Below, in pieces: positions 1 to 14,165 of a stretch of DNA of 64,000 nucleotides; the stretch's first letter is position 1, and each line of letters opens with the position of its first letter. The stretch is from Octopus vulgaris (taxonomy: Eukaryota): the NCBI GenBank assembly GCA_951406725.2, contig OX597818.1:11718001-11782000 (forward strand), read 5' to 3'. The notes beneath the pieces were generated by a model. The model was not told where the DNA came from and made no database searches. It was given only the letters and a program-made list of their open reading frames with translations. The translations under genes were made by a program, and so were the position numbers.

Positions 1-19
1 TTTGCTTCCAGTAGAAAGG

Positions 20-26
20 ATTATTG

Positions 27-99
<73 letters not shown>

Positions 100-107
100 C
101 ATCATCA

Positions 108-173
<66 letters not shown>
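20..173. repeat. (ATT)n microsatellite; further (GCA)n(GTA)n at ~409-486 and (ATT/GTT)n at ~639-830
   Basis: Direct reading; explains the poly-I/L/Y/V ORFs. Confidence 0.97.
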
Positions 174-174
<1 letters not shown>

Positions 175-375
175 GGCGGTAAGATAGCAGAATCGTTAGC
201 ACGCTGGACGAAATGCTTAGCGTTATTTTGCCCGTCACTACGTTCTGAGTTCAAATTCCGGTGAGATCGACTTTCCCTTTCATCTTTTCGGGATCAGTAA
301 ATTAAGTACTAGTGAAACACTGGGGTCGATGTAATCGATTTAACCGCTCCCCTTGTGGAAAAATTTGAAACCATT
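175..375 (+). mobile_element. tRNA-derived SINE family A (Deu/Nin-domain-like body)
   Basis: GGCGG..AGCAGAATCGTTAG head, B-box-like GAGTTCAAATTCC, body CCTTTCATC.TTTCGGG..TAAATTAAGTAC..CTGGGGTCGATGTAATCGA shared with >12 copies in the window (degenerate ones at ~489-640, 45865-46040, 58515-58650, 61445-61650). Confidence 0.85.
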
Positions 376-416
376 ATTAGTATTAAAGTAGTAGTGGCGG
401 CAGCAGCAGGGGCAGA

Positions 417-486
<70 letters not shown>

Positions 487-675
487 AGGCGACGAAGTCG
501 ACTTTGCCTTTCGAGGTCTGTAAGACAAGTACTAGTTAAGAACTGGGGTCGATTTAGTTGGGCTCAATTTAGTTGAAAACTGGGGTCGACTTATTTACCC
601 TCGCCACCGATATTGCTGGCCTTGTACCAAAATTTGAAATCATCATCATTATCATTATTATCATTATTATTATTA

Positions 676-755
<80 letters not shown>

Positions 756-1429
756 GTTATTGTTATTGTTGTTGTTATTGTTGTTGTTGTTATTATTATT
801 ATTATTATTATTCTTATTATTATTATTATTACATCATTTCTATTATTATTGTATTTTCAGTAGTTGTATATAACAGCCATTCTTATGCATCATTAGAGAC
901 ACTTTCTAATCTTGGTCTATATATATAGCAACGTCCTTGAGAGCGAGAGACAGACAGACAGAGACAGACAGACAGAAAGAAGGAAAGAGAGAGGTGGGGA
1001 GGAATGGAGCGATGGGTAGGGTTGAGGAATTGATATTGCTTTTAATTTGCTTAGTTGCTTTTGTTCTGTATTTTTTTTCAGTGTTGCTTTTGTTTCTTAC
1101 GAAGTATTATTATTATTAGAGAGATGTGTAGAAAATATGTGAATTGCACCAAAGAACTGTTTATAGTCTGTGTATGACGGGGTGAACTAATTCGTTGAAT
1201 TAAATTTTTGATTAAGTTTAAAGTGTTGGGTCATGATATACTGTTTTTTTATTATTGTTGATGTAATGCACTAATTATTATTGTTACTCTCTCATTGCAT
1301 AACGCCTTGCTTGGTCTCATTTCGATGGATCGAGATGTTTATTAGAGTACGTCGATTTTTATTACTATCTGTAAGATATCTGGAGTAATGCTCTGGTGCT
1401 GCTGCTGCTGTTGTTGTTGTTGTTGTTGT

Positions 1430-1660
1430 TGCTTAACCCTAAGTCTGTCCTGATCGAGCAGACTTATAATAAAAAGGCATTCTATGCATGATCATTCCAT
1501 CTTTTATTTCAAGCAATCTGTATCTTCGACCACAATATCCTACCTTTCCCTTTCTTCGTTTTATTTTATTTTTACTTCAAGATGGGAGGGAATAATTCCA
1601 AAGAGATTGGGTTCTTATTTCTAGTAAGCCGAGTGACCACATAGAGGCTTCCCCAGTGAT
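1430..1660 (-). mobile_element. SINE-like family D with (AAC)n tail
   Basis: CCTGATCGAGCAGAC.TAT.AT.AAAG..TTCC block recurs at ~13170-13350, ~58765-58950 and ~59295-59700; adjoins (GTT)n. Confidence 0.6.
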
Positions 1661-1749
1661 TTGCCTTGGGCTTCTTGTCACTCTGGATAGCTTAGATACT
1701 AGACTATCGTAGGCAGTCTAGTTCATTTTCACACACAGGGTTTAGCGAG

Positions 1750-3350
1750 TGCTTAAAATCACGCATATTTTTAGTTATCTTGTAGACGTGTTTGCATGTT
1801 ACCAATGAATATAGTTACTTATCCGGTCTGTGCATATATTGTCATTATAAAGACAGCCGGAAATGGTATGGTCGATGTTTTCAAATTGTTTACTACATAC
1901 TCTATCTACAGTTGATGTTAGTGATTGGATTTCTTATTTTTGCTTGGTATCGATTTTGTGTATATAAAAGCAGACCTTCCGTTTCTGGCTTTTCAGATGT
2001 TGCTACCTTTCACATTGGTTCATATCTACTATTTTGAGACACATAGAATACTGACCAGGAGAGTTTGTCTTTGTTTCTTTTTTTTCTTCCTTTTACTTGA
2101 ATGTATTTTATGAGTTCTGTTTTGATTTTATTTTCTGTTTTTGTTTGTAGTTTTTTGTAATTGTATTTGTATATTTTCAGTTGATTTGTTCATATTTAAA
2201 CTTGTCTACAGTATAATTAGAATTGAGTGTTATACTTGAACTAATTTTTGCTTCTTTCTAACTCTTTTATAGACACACCACACTTACTTTGAAACAGTTC
2301 TCTATTTGTACGAAGATCTTCCCTCCATTTGCATTTGGTAGATATAACCAGGCTGCATCTGCTTTAATGCAGTTGCCCTGTCTAGGTTCTTCAGTTCATT
2401 TAAACGCCAATTTCTTATATTGGAATAGCAGCTTATGACTGATGGCGGCTGATATATTTATACTTATAATTATATTTCCGACATTAAATTTGATCGCTAA
2501 TATTTACCTAATTTCTTTTTTATAATTGCTTAATTTTCCAATGATGTATTACAAAGGTTAGCTCCATTTCTAAGTACTTGTTAGTGTAGTTGTTTTAATT
2601 CTCTCATCTAATAGCTAAAATATAGCAAATGTTTGAATTATTTTGCTTCTTTTTAGTGTTGCTTTGGTACATTTGTCTATAGTCATTTTCTATTACCACT
2701 GAATTCAAGTATAATCTTTCACTGGTACAACACTTGGCAATACCTCTTGAAAATAGTTTTAAATCATCCATATTGAGGTGGTGGATTATAGCTTGTTCAT
2801 AATATATGTAATCACAGATAGTCTAATTTTGAAAAGATTTATATAAAATCAGAGTTGGACACAAATCAGTTGCGGAATCTCAGGAAAATGAAAATCTACT
2901 TTTTTTTATTGTGATTTCTTCATCTTGCACTAGGGTTGTCGTTGCTATAGTTTCTAATTATTGGAGCAGCTAATACTCAGAGGTTTTGTATACTGTTGAT
3001 GGAAGCTTAGTTATCTATCCAAGCCATGACTAAATTTCTTTTTCAGTAAGGTTTAGCAGTAACTGCTTTCTTTTATTTTCACAAATATATATATACCCTC
3101 TTCCGAAGATTTTCAGTTCTTCAAGTAAGATATTATTATCGTTGATTGTTTACAGGCTATTTGTGTTTTTTAATCCATAGTCTGTCATTTAGTCGTTCTA
3201 TAACTTCGGATCCTTTCTGCTTACTCAATTAGCACACTACTCCTTTTTCCTTCCATCAGGTTATCATTTGTGATAACGAATCTAGGGTGATCCAGGAAAA
3301 TGAGCACTTTTTTTTTGCCATTTTTCTGCACTAATTCAATTTTCGATCCT
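1750..3350 (-). mobile_element. Highly decayed RLE-type (R4/Dong-like) non-LTR retrotransposon, RT to C-terminal region
   Basis: Minus-strand peptides NLVMAWID (~3030), LYLPNANGGK (~2340, cf. LYLPRxxGGRGL), KPETEGLL (~1980), DRISNYIHW (~1815); many stops and frameshifts. Confidence 0.65.
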
Positions 3351-3399
3351 CCTTTCTGTTTCGTCCCATTCTCCAGTCACATCTTCCCATCATCACAAA

Positions 3400-4300
3400 T
3401 GAGGGCAGGGTAGTCTCTCTGGTTAGTTATGCACTATAGGAGACGCTCGACTTTTCCCTATATTATCACATGGTTGACACTTGGTACTCGTAGTACGGAG
3501 GAATATGTGACTCCACTTATTGTTACCCCTGCTCCGGCCATTCTCTAAGCTACGATCGCTGGGAACCCAGACACAGTGATAGTTGTAGCAATAGTCTGTC
3601 TTCATCTCAAAAGACTACTTCTCTTGTTGCTGCTTTTATTGCTAGAAGCTACAAACCTATTTATTTTTCCTTTTCCTTTTTTTTTTTTGACGGGGACGGT
3701 AGGGGCTAGCTTTTCCAACTCTGAGCAGTAGTTCCTTTAAGAGCCCTTTGCACTTACCCATGTAGTAACTAGGATGCGTCCACATTCATCTGAATGACTA
3801 TACAAACTCCACCCAATCACATATTGTAGCTGATCATCACCGAGTGCAGCGCCTTCCTGCACTGAGTTGCAAAAGTAGTGATAACCCTACGGTCATTGTC
3901 AGCGCTAGCATTTCCAACGGAAATTTTATTTCTTTTTATAGTGTTACAGCTTCCTATGGGTAGACGTGGGGCGTGTATGGAGTAGCAGCTTGGTTTTTCT
4001 CATTGCTTAGTTCTCGCCCTTAAACATCTGGCACATACTTCTATATGCTCTCCCCTGTTCGCTGGACACGTTCTGCTACATATCAACCTGGGTTACCCTG
4101 AACTCTTCTTTCGAGGAGATATGGATGCCCTCACCGTCTTTTGAAAAGCAGAATTAAATCAACTACCCACTCGCTATTTCGTGGATAAATTTGTCGAGTA
4201 AGGGCACATTCTTTTTCGTGGCATGTCTCTTCGGAGCTTCTTCTTTTACTGTGTCTAGTATTTCTTTTGGTTTGCATCTACGCTAGCAGAATATGGGTTG
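3400..4300 (-). mobile_element. Possible decayed L1/Tx1-like ORF1 relic
   Basis: More GC-rich block; degenerate knuckle-like HPSYYMGKCKGLLKE (~3740-3780) followed by a Lys-rich stretch. Confidence 0.3.
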
Positions 4301-4614
4301 CAGTTGTTGATGGTGTTGCTTTTGCTATTTTCATAAGAATTTGTGTTTGCACCAATTTTTTTCTAGTCTACTTATGAAATTTTAACTACATTTACATCTT
4401 TGTAGTTCTGTTTAATTATCTTTTCTCTGTTTAATTGCATGTGCCACTTTGTATTTGCATGTGCCACTTTGTATTTGCATGTGCCACTTTGTGGATCCTA
4501 CATTCTTCAACCAAATGGAAATTATATTGCACCACAAAGAAACAAATAGAATGTTTGCAAAAATAAATGTATACAATTAAAATGCCTATTCTTTTCTACA
4601 TCAGGGTAATAGTG

Positions 4615-4799
4615 TGAGTGGCTGTGTGGTAAGAAGCTTGCTTCCGAACCATATGGTTCCGGGTTCAGTCCCACTGTGTGGCACCTTGGGCAAGTAATTT
4701 CTACTATAGCCTCGAGCCGACCAAAGCACTGTGAGTGGATTTGTTAGACGAAAACTGAAAGAAACCCGTCTTATATGTATACATTGGTATATGTGTATG

Positions 4800-4837
<38 letters not shown>

Positions 4838-5030
4838 TTTGTGCCTGTGTTTTTCCTCCACCATCGCTTGACAACCGATGTTGGTATGTTTATGTCCCCG
4901 TAATTTAGCGGTTCGGCAAAAGAGACCGATAGAGTAAGTACTAGGCTTAAAGGAAAGCAAAATAAGTCCTGAAGTCGATTTCTTCGATTAAACCCCTTTA
5001 AGGCGGTGCCCCACTGAAACGAGTAAAAAT
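4615..5030 (+). mobile_element. SINE family B (tRNA head, CORE-like CCTTGGGCAAGT, internal microsatellite)
   Basis: GTGGCTGTGTGGTAAG..GGTTCAGTCCC..CACCTTGGGCAAGT..GAAACTGAAAGAA, then (TG)n, then GCTTGACAACCGATG..GGCGGTGC. Confidence 0.88.
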
Positions 5031-5450
5031 ATATAATATTATTTTGAAGTCTGTGCTGATAAAAATGAATAAAAAAAGTATTTTAATAAGTTCGAAAAAA
5101 TAACTTCTAAAGAGAGCTCTGTGCAACTTGATTGTTCACAGCAAGCAATAGAAACAAAAACAGCAACAACAAAGGCGTTACAGTAAATAAAAAAATAGAC
5201 GTATAGACAAGGCAATTAAATCTAAATTAATGTTCAATACAATAGAATGTTCCATGAAATACAGAGCCACAACAAATGTATACCTTTGTCCTCATCCCAA
5301 CCGAACACAAACACATACACACTTGAGAATAGACAGAATAGAAACACATATCCCAACAGATCAACCGGAGTTATTGGCTGTGTGGCGGTAAAAATATGGT
5401 ATTCATAAACCGAACTACTATAGAAGACAGTAAAAAGAAAGAAAGAAAGC

Positions 5451-5489
<39 letters not shown>

Positions 5490-5734
5490 ACAGATGAAAA
5501 TGAACATTAACAAAGTGTGATTAACTACCAAAAAGCATTTGACAAATGGGACAAAGATACAATAAAAAGAGATGAACTGATTAAAGTTGAGAACATTAAA
5601 CTTGATACAGTCACATAAATCAGAGAACTGGACCAGAACCACCCATGTAAATACTTAGGATGAAACTGACAAAAATCAGCATAAAGAGAAATGAAGGAGA
5701 AAATTTAAAAGTACAACATAAGAGTCAGACTAAC

Positions 5735-5930
5735 ATTGGTTTCAAGTTTTGGAAAGGGGTTAAGTCGATTAAATTGAACGCCAGTGCTCAACTGGTACTT
5801 ATTTTATCAACCTCGATAGAATGAGAAGCAAAGTCGACGCCGGCTGAATTTAAACTCAGAACGTAATGACGGACGAAGTACTACTAAGCATTGTGACCGA
5901 ATGCTAACGACTCTGCCAGCTCACCGCCCT
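5735..5930 (-). mobile_element. SINE family A
   Basis: Reverse complement matches family A. Confidence 0.8.
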
Positions 5931-6420
5931 GAGTAAAACTAGTATTTGAAACTGAACTCAGTGAGTGAAATCAGATATTAGATATATATATATATATACA
6001 CCCACCAACCTGCTTATAAGTTAGAGCTTCAACTAGAATTTAAAAGAATGGAAAATTTTAGAAAAAGAAAAATAGAAGAAGGTGCTAAGAATGTTCGATA
6101 GTGACTACATCAAAGCTGATATAAGAAGAATAAACCTATCACACCACACACGGGAAAAAAATATAGGCTGATATAAATGGAAAATTATTAGAGAGCAACA
6201 ACCGTCGAACTAAAAAAAAAATCAGAAGCAAACAAATGGAAATTAATTAATGTAATATCTACTATAATAATACTCTTGTGTTTTACTCTGTCACAACATA
6301 TAGATGAGAAAGGAAATTGTGATAGATGAATAAGAAAGGAAGAAGTGATAGCAAACTGGTAGTGGAAGCGTTTCAACACTGTGCGTATATGTGTGTGTAT
6401 GCAAAAGGGAGGTATGTGAA

Positions 6421-6472
<52 letters not shown>

Positions 6473-7786
6473 CGCGTGCGTGTGTATGTGCGTGTGTGTG
6501 CAAAGGAAGTGGGATGGTGAACATGCAACGCTGAAAAGGAAAATCAAACAGTGTTTCAACTCTAAAATACTTCAATTAGCCGTCATTTTTGACGGCACGG
6601 GGTCATCTAGTAGAAACATAATGTACTTTTCACCATATATACTTTTCACCATATAAGAAGCTCGCTTTGCAGCCATGTGGTTTTGAGTTCAGTTCCACCA
6701 CGTGGCACTTTGGGCAAGTGTCTTCTACTATAGCCTCGGAGTGACCAATGAATTGTGAGTGAATTTCATGCACCGAGAAAATGTAGGGCCCTGTCCTATA
6801 TGTGTGTGTGTGTGTGCGTGTGTGCGTGTATGTGGTGTGTGTATGTGTGCGTGTGAGTGTGTGTGCGTGTCTGTGTGTGTGAGTGTGTATGTGTGGTGTG
6901 TGTGTATGCGTGTGTGTGTGTGTGTACGTATGTTCCTTATGCATTCGAAAACTGAGTTGCCAATTTTGATGTATAGGGTAGCAAAAGTTTCAGTAATCTT
7001 CCGGCTACCAAATAAATTTTATATTTATTTACATATTTCCTACACTCTCAACAACTAGCTTTAGTTATTTGAAAGACACTGCTCTACAACGACCAGGTTT
7101 CACTAGAAAGTGAAAATAGTTTCACACTTTCAATTTGAGCCAAAATTACAAAGTGTTGCATTACGGGAGTGGCGATGTGTGAATAATGAAAGTAATGTTT
7201 CTCCGAATTAAAAGACATTCATTTCTCTATATGTTATGAGGAAATACAGTCAGTTACTCTCTCCTTCCCTCTCTATCTCTCTCTCTCTCACACACACACA
7301 CGCACACGCACACGCACGCACACATACCAAAAAGATGTATGCTTTTGTATTTATGTATGTGTATGTGAAAGATAATGTGTGTGAGAGAGAGAGAGAGAGA
7401 GAGATTGAGTACCACTTAAACATACATGCAAAAAATACATACATGACAACATACCCCTTCACTCACTCACTCTCCCTCACACACGCACAATCGCGCGCAC
7501 ACACACACACGTCCATTTCATATACATGTACGTACATCTTTCACTCTCTCCTCTCTTTCACTTTCTACTGTCACTTCAAAGCAAATGTCGCCTTTTCACC
7601 TCCTCTCTTTCAATTTCTGCCCTCTTCAAAGCATAAAGAAAAAAAATCGGAAATTAACGATCATATGAGCCCATATGATCGAGTTGACAACTTTGCTGCT
7701 TCAAACGAAAGAATGCCATAAAATAACTTCCATTGGCACACACATGTACACACACGCACACATGCACACACGCGCACGCACACACA

Positions 7787-7820
<34 letters not shown>

Positions 7821-7999
7821 GTAAAGCCTCTGTACGAATTATGTTATTTCTTGCCGTGTGCGCGCGCAAAATTGAAGTTCAAATCTAATTGAAATGCTCT
7901 TTTCCGATTCTGTAATTCGTGTTTGTAATGAGCGTAATAAAAAACCTGATCTTTGATATAAACTTAAAAGGAAGTTTTCTCAGAAATCCTGTCCTTTAC

Positions 8000-8149
8000 C
8001 TGTTGTTTCTAGTATGTAATCTTCCTTAAGAACCGAAAGCACTTTCATGCAAACCCTTCCAAATTCTACTCTACCCACCTTCACTTTATACAAACAATAA
8101 CTTCCATTACGCCAGTAATCCAGTTCACTATGTATCAGCTGCGCCGATT
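8000..8149 (-). other. Candidate spliced exon (150 nt, phase 1-1, open frame)
   Basis: Pyrimidine-rich acceptor ending TTCTTATCGACAG| and donor CAG|GTAAAG; peptide SAQLIHSELDYWRNGSYCLYKVKVGRVEFGRVCMKVLSVLKEDYILETT not recognised. Confidence 0.35.
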
Positions 8150-8686
8150 CTGTCGATAAGAAAGGAACAAATAATACAACGTGGCTGCAGGTCATAACAC
8201 CCTGGCGACGCCAGGATGCATTACTAATTACTAATAAAAACTAATGAAAAATGTAGATTATACATATCAATATATTAAGACAACTGACAACTTGATTTCC
8301 GGTTTCTCAGTCCGTGCCAAGTCCGAATATATTTAGGCACGACCGAGTCAGCAGCGACTTCCGATAAGTAACATGCCAATACTTGGACGTAGAAACAGAT
8401 AGAAAACTAATGTAACATTAGCTTAACATGGTTCGTGACATGATTCAAAACCAATCTTGTTGCATGTACTTATTGCCAACAGCGAGATCAAGGCAATAAT
8501 CAGATATGATTATCAAGAGAGAAAAAAATCTCGAGACACTAATAGACATCTTGATTTCATTATGATGAAAATATTGTCTGTTTTCGGAGGTAGAAAAACA
8601 ATGAAAGAACAAAGCTCTTCGAACTGAAACCAGCTAGATGAAAAATATGAGAGTGAAAACAATAGTAATAATAACCAAACTAAGAT

Positions 8687-8880
8687 GGCGAGCTAGCAGA
8701 ATCATTAACAAGTCGGACAAAACGCTTAGCAGCATTTTGTCCGTCAAATTCTGCCGTTGTTGACTTTGCCGTTCATCCTTTCGGAGTGGATAAAATAAAT
8801 ACCAGTGAGCACTGGGGTCAATGTAGTCGACTGAATTCTTTCTCTGAAATCACTGGCCTTGTGCCAAAAGTTGAGATCAA
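8687..8880 (+). mobile_element. SINE family A
   Basis: Matches family A. Confidence 0.8.
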
Positions 8881-9149
8881 TTATAACCATACTATGAATT
8901 ATTGATAAATAAATAAATAAATAAATAAATGGATAAAATAGAAAGCCAGCTCAGGGCTCTGCTTTACCCATGGTTCAAAAATAACCCTGCCAATCCGTTT
9001 ATAATAACCACCCAATAAAGTCACAATTTTGCATTTGATATCAGATACTATAACACTAACAACTCACATAACTCACTTCTTAAAAGAATGATTTATCAGC
9101 CAGAGGGCTATGGTACTAGTCTTCCAATTCTTCCCCAATCAGCATAGTA

Positions 9150-10150
9150 TTTTATTCGATATCTTTTAGCGCCATCATTAAATCAACTAAACTAAATCAT
9201 TCTCTTCGATGTATCGTAACGTTCAGGCAATACAATTCGTGAAGGAATTCCAGCCCCTTCTTTGTCTTACTGTTCTGAACAGATTTCCACCCTTTTCAGC
9301 TCTCCATCTTAACATCGCAAACAACGAGAAAGAGTATTGTTAGTCGTAGCCTTTGGCCGGTCATGTGCTAGCGGATACTTCTCGGCTTTTCAATCGTCGA
9401 TAACTTCGAATGCTAGTGATACCGAGGATGAGACAGTTCCGCGTTTTTGCTCGGAACTGCGTTCAGTGGTGCTCTGGAAACATCAGTAACAGCAGCCACA
9501 GTGCCTGCTGCTGTTGACGCTACTGCTTCTACTGCAGTCATCAACCCTCTTTTTTCTTTTTCTTGGTAATAGATCCACTGGTATCCTTTACTACTATGTG
9601 TGCAGCAGTTGAACCATTTGTCTGGTTGACCTTCTCTATGTCCTCTCAATTGTACACAGCTCAGGATTGCCTTGTGATCATTGGACCTGGATCATCAAGA
9701 CTTGTAATCCATGTCGATCCCGCTCGACTGTATGTTGTTGCCTGTCACCTCCGCGCCCACTGCATGTTTATTCAATTGTAAAGTGATAAACCAAGAGTGA
9801 ACGTCCGATTAAATTTCTAGCTGTGATTTATGTATTTCAGGTACTCGCGTACTATTTCAGGCGGCTAACACGTCAGAGATACCTATCTTCTTGTCTGATT
9901 TTTCGTTTTAAAAATCAAGAACACGTTTTCATATGCGTTACTCCAGATAGTGGAGATCACATCCTGCCGCAGATCATCCAACGCTTCCTTCAACTCCTCA
10001 GATGGAATATGAAAGCTCCCGTCCGCTTTATAAACAGAGTTACGTCCCTTTCCCAATCGCTTCCTTTTGAATAAATTCATCTGGCAAGAAGGCGCTGCCT
10101 TTTTGGGATACTCCTCCTCATTTCTTCCCCTTTTCTTTGAGCTAATTCAG
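9150..10150 (-). mobile_element. Decayed L1/Tx1-like ORF1 (gag-like) relic
   Basis: EELKEALDDLRQDVISTIWSNAYENVFLIFKTKNQTRR resembles the N-terminal ORF1 block at 55.6 kb; degenerate knuckle WFNCCTHSSKGYQWIYYQEK; frameshifted. Confidence 0.45.
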
Positions 10151-10591
10151 TTGAGTCGCTCTTGTTAACCCACAACATTTTTCAAAAATTAAACGTTTAT
10201 GTTATTGAGTTTAAATTAATGTTTCGAATAGTATATTTTTGTGTCAGCCATTAAACTACTTTCGGTGTTATTGGAAGCTTTGACAATTTTATTTATTTTT
10301 ATTGTTCTTATATATTTTTTCGCTTGAAAATATTGGGAACTTATGGACGTTATTGAGGATACTGTGGGAAAGCACCTCTTCCCGTAAGTTCTGAAACCTC
10401 TTTGAATACGAATAACGACACAAATGGCTATTTGACCAAATAATATTGAGTAAAAAGAATGAGGTAGAAATATTAATTATTTCGTACCTCTCCTAATGGT
10501 GTAGGCATTCAAATGACCCGGAGGCCTTCTGTGCACACAGTCTAGAGGCATCCGTGCACACAGTATTTTTCTAGCGGTAATTAGATTATAC

Positions 10592-10780
10592 ATTGGTTTC
10601 AAATTTTGGTACAATGCCAGCAATTAAGTCGACCCCAGTGCTCAACTCATATTTCTTTTTATCGACCCCGAAAGGATGAAAGGCAAAGTAGACCTCGGCG
10701 AGATTTAAACTCAAAACGTAAGGACGGACGAAATACTGCTAAGCATTTTGTCCGGTGTGCAATTTTGCCGGCTCGCTACC
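10592..10780 (-). mobile_element. SINE family A
   Basis: Matches family A. Confidence 0.8.
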
Positions 10781-10804
10781 TTAATCAAAGATATTTCTTT
10801 CTTT

Positions 10805-11009
10805 CTTTTCTTTTACTTGTTTTAGTCATTTGACTGCAGCCATGCTGGAGCACCGCCTTTAGTTGAGCAAATCGACCCCAGGACTTATTCTTTGTAAGTC
10901 TAGTACTTATTCTATCGGTCTCTTTTGCCGAACTGCTTAGTTACGGAGACGTAAACACACCACCATCGGTTGTCACACAATGTTGGGGAGGACAAACAAC
11001 GACTCACAA

Positions 11010-11089
<80 letters not shown>

Positions 11090-11253
11090 GACGGGCTTCT
11101 TTCAGTTTTCGTCTACCAAATCCACTCACAAGGCTTTGGTCGGCCCGAGGCTACAGTAAAAGACACTTGCCCAAGGTACCACGCAGTGGGACTGAACTCG
11201 GAACCATGTGGTTGGTAGGCAAGCTACTTACCACACAGCCACTCCTGCGCCTA
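10805..11253 (-). mobile_element. SINE family B, full length
   Basis: Complete head, internal (TA)n(TG)n and tail. Confidence 0.9.
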
Positions 11254-11652
11254 TAAAAAAAATATTAGCAAACTCCCTTTATCTTGCAGAACTTTTGGCC
11301 TCTTCAAAAAATGTCGTGGTTGCTTTGGCTGCTTTGCCTTATCTCATACAAATTTTATGTTTTGCCTGAAATCATGACCATGTTTTGTAGGTTCTCTAAA
11401 ACGGTATTGTCTCTTATAAGTGTTCCAAAATTTACCGTGTAGAGAGGATTTTTTTGCTTTGTTTTGTTTTAGTCTGTTGGTGGTTTTATTTACTTATTTA
11501 TTAATGTAATCAGAGCTAGACAAAAGAGTGGAAACACAATGAATCTCTCAGAAAGATATCTTCTTTTATCAATATAGAGTGTTTAGGGCTGATTTTAATT
11601 ATCTCCTCTTTGTCTTCTAGCGATATGGCTGTTTTCCATTTCAATATGACAT

Positions 11653-12519
<867 letters not shown>

Positions 12520-13429
12520 CTGGTTTATTTGTTTATTTGTCTTTTCTCCTGGTGCTGTATGAATACTTGATGTGGCTTTAGAGTCAAGTTTTGACAGCTA
12601 TCTCTAGCATGGTGGTATCTTTCAGATACCCTTAACTATAATTTTAATAATAATTATTACCTATAAGGTTTTTATTCCCATGCTGGCCACTTGATATGAT
12701 CGGTATTTTAAATAACGATCTCATCCTTATCTATATAAATTTTTGTATACATATAGATATATACACACACACATCTATATATACATATATATGTATACAT
12801 AAATAGATACACACACGCACACACTCACCACATATAATGCCAGAATGTATTCATATGAATCAGTTGAACTATTTATTTTGTTCTTTGCGACAGTTTGCAT
12901 TCCTGAACTTCAAACAAATTACCAGCGATAAATGATAGACCTGGCATTCCTTACGTTCTTTGTAGGCTTCAAGATCTCCAAGATAGAGTGACGAATGCTA
13001 TGCTAAGCTATCAACTCACGAATTGCGATGAATGATTGCTACTCAATGTATTTCGTCTCATATAAATTTTTGTTATAGTTAAATATGTGTGTGTATGCCT
13101 TCCTAGGGATGCTCTCGGGTGTGTGTATACGCGAATATAAACGTGTGTTACGTAAATATTGTTTGCTCTGATGGCACACCACATTGAGCAGACCTATGAT
13201 AAAAGATGTTCCGCTTGTGATCATCCCATTTTTGTTCTCAGACACAATGTATCGAGGATTACCTTCAGCAATGTGTCCTTTTTCTAAGTCGATAAGTTAT
13301 GTTTTTGGGAAGGCCTGTCAACAATTTCTCGCTTGACTAGCGACAATGACGTGTGTTTCTCATACCGTGAATTAGTTGTGCGTGTTTGTGAATGTGTGCG
13401 CGTGTAAGTGTGCGTGTTTGTGCTTGTGG

Positions 13430-13485
<56 letters not shown>

Positions 13486-13595
13486 TGTTTTTCTTTCGAA
13501 AAACGTTTTTTACTTGATTGCTTGGAAGTGCTCAGGTCGAAACCGAGACGTTAGACGTTACATAATTTGGTATAAGAAGGGACAACAATTTAGAT

Positions 13596-13749
13596 AATCC
13601 TTTATATTTATGATTTACATCACAAATACGTACATAGATGTAACATAATATTACAAGGAACATATCTATATATTATTTAGAAAGAAATGAGTTATATGAG
13701 GTAAAAATGTACATGAAAAGAGTGAATAAATAAATAAGTAAATGAAGGT

Positions 13750-13787
<38 letters not shown>

Positions 13788-14125
13788 TCATATTAAATTT
13801 AAATTTAATGTTCAAGGAGGTTGAAATAAGGATTAAAAGTTATAAAATAGTGAGAAATCCTAATTATGGATTTCCCGCTACTGGTGATGTGTTTTATAAC
13901 TTCTTATTTCAACGTCCTTGAACATTAAATTTAAATTTAATATGATTTTTAATCGATATATCAACCTTTATTTATTTACCGTTTTCATGTACATTTTCGC
14001 CCCATATAACTCTATTTCTTTCTAAATAATATATAAATATGTTCCTTGTCTTGTAATTTTATGTTATATCTATGTACGTATTTATGTATTTATTATGTTG
14101 ATGTAAATCATAAATATAAATGATT
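13596..14125. repeat. ~530-bp AT-rich foldback (imperfect palindrome)
   Basis: TTTATATTTATGATTTACATCA..TTAAAAATCATATTAAATTTAAATTTAATGTTCAAGGA mirrored by TCCTTGAACATTAAATTTAAATTTAATATGATTTTTAA..TGATGTAAATCATAAATATAAA; centre ~13860. Confidence 0.9.
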
Positions 14126-14165
14126 ATATATATGTGTATGTATTATGTATGTATATATAAATTCT

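Noticed and set aside
4437-4492. 21-bp repeat x3 (also 17-bp repeats at ~60163 and 19-bp at ~47356) as a CRISPR-like array
   Set aside because: Contiguous tandem units with no spacers, no cas genes, eukaryotic context.
10606-10833. Recurring peptides such as [13 protein letters not shown] and RRASFSFRLPNPLTRLWS
   Set aside because: Incidental translations of SINE A and SINE B, not a protein family.
13505-13560. GTCGAAAC..GTTAGACGT as a hammerhead
   Set aside because: No recognisable CUGANGA box at the right spacing.
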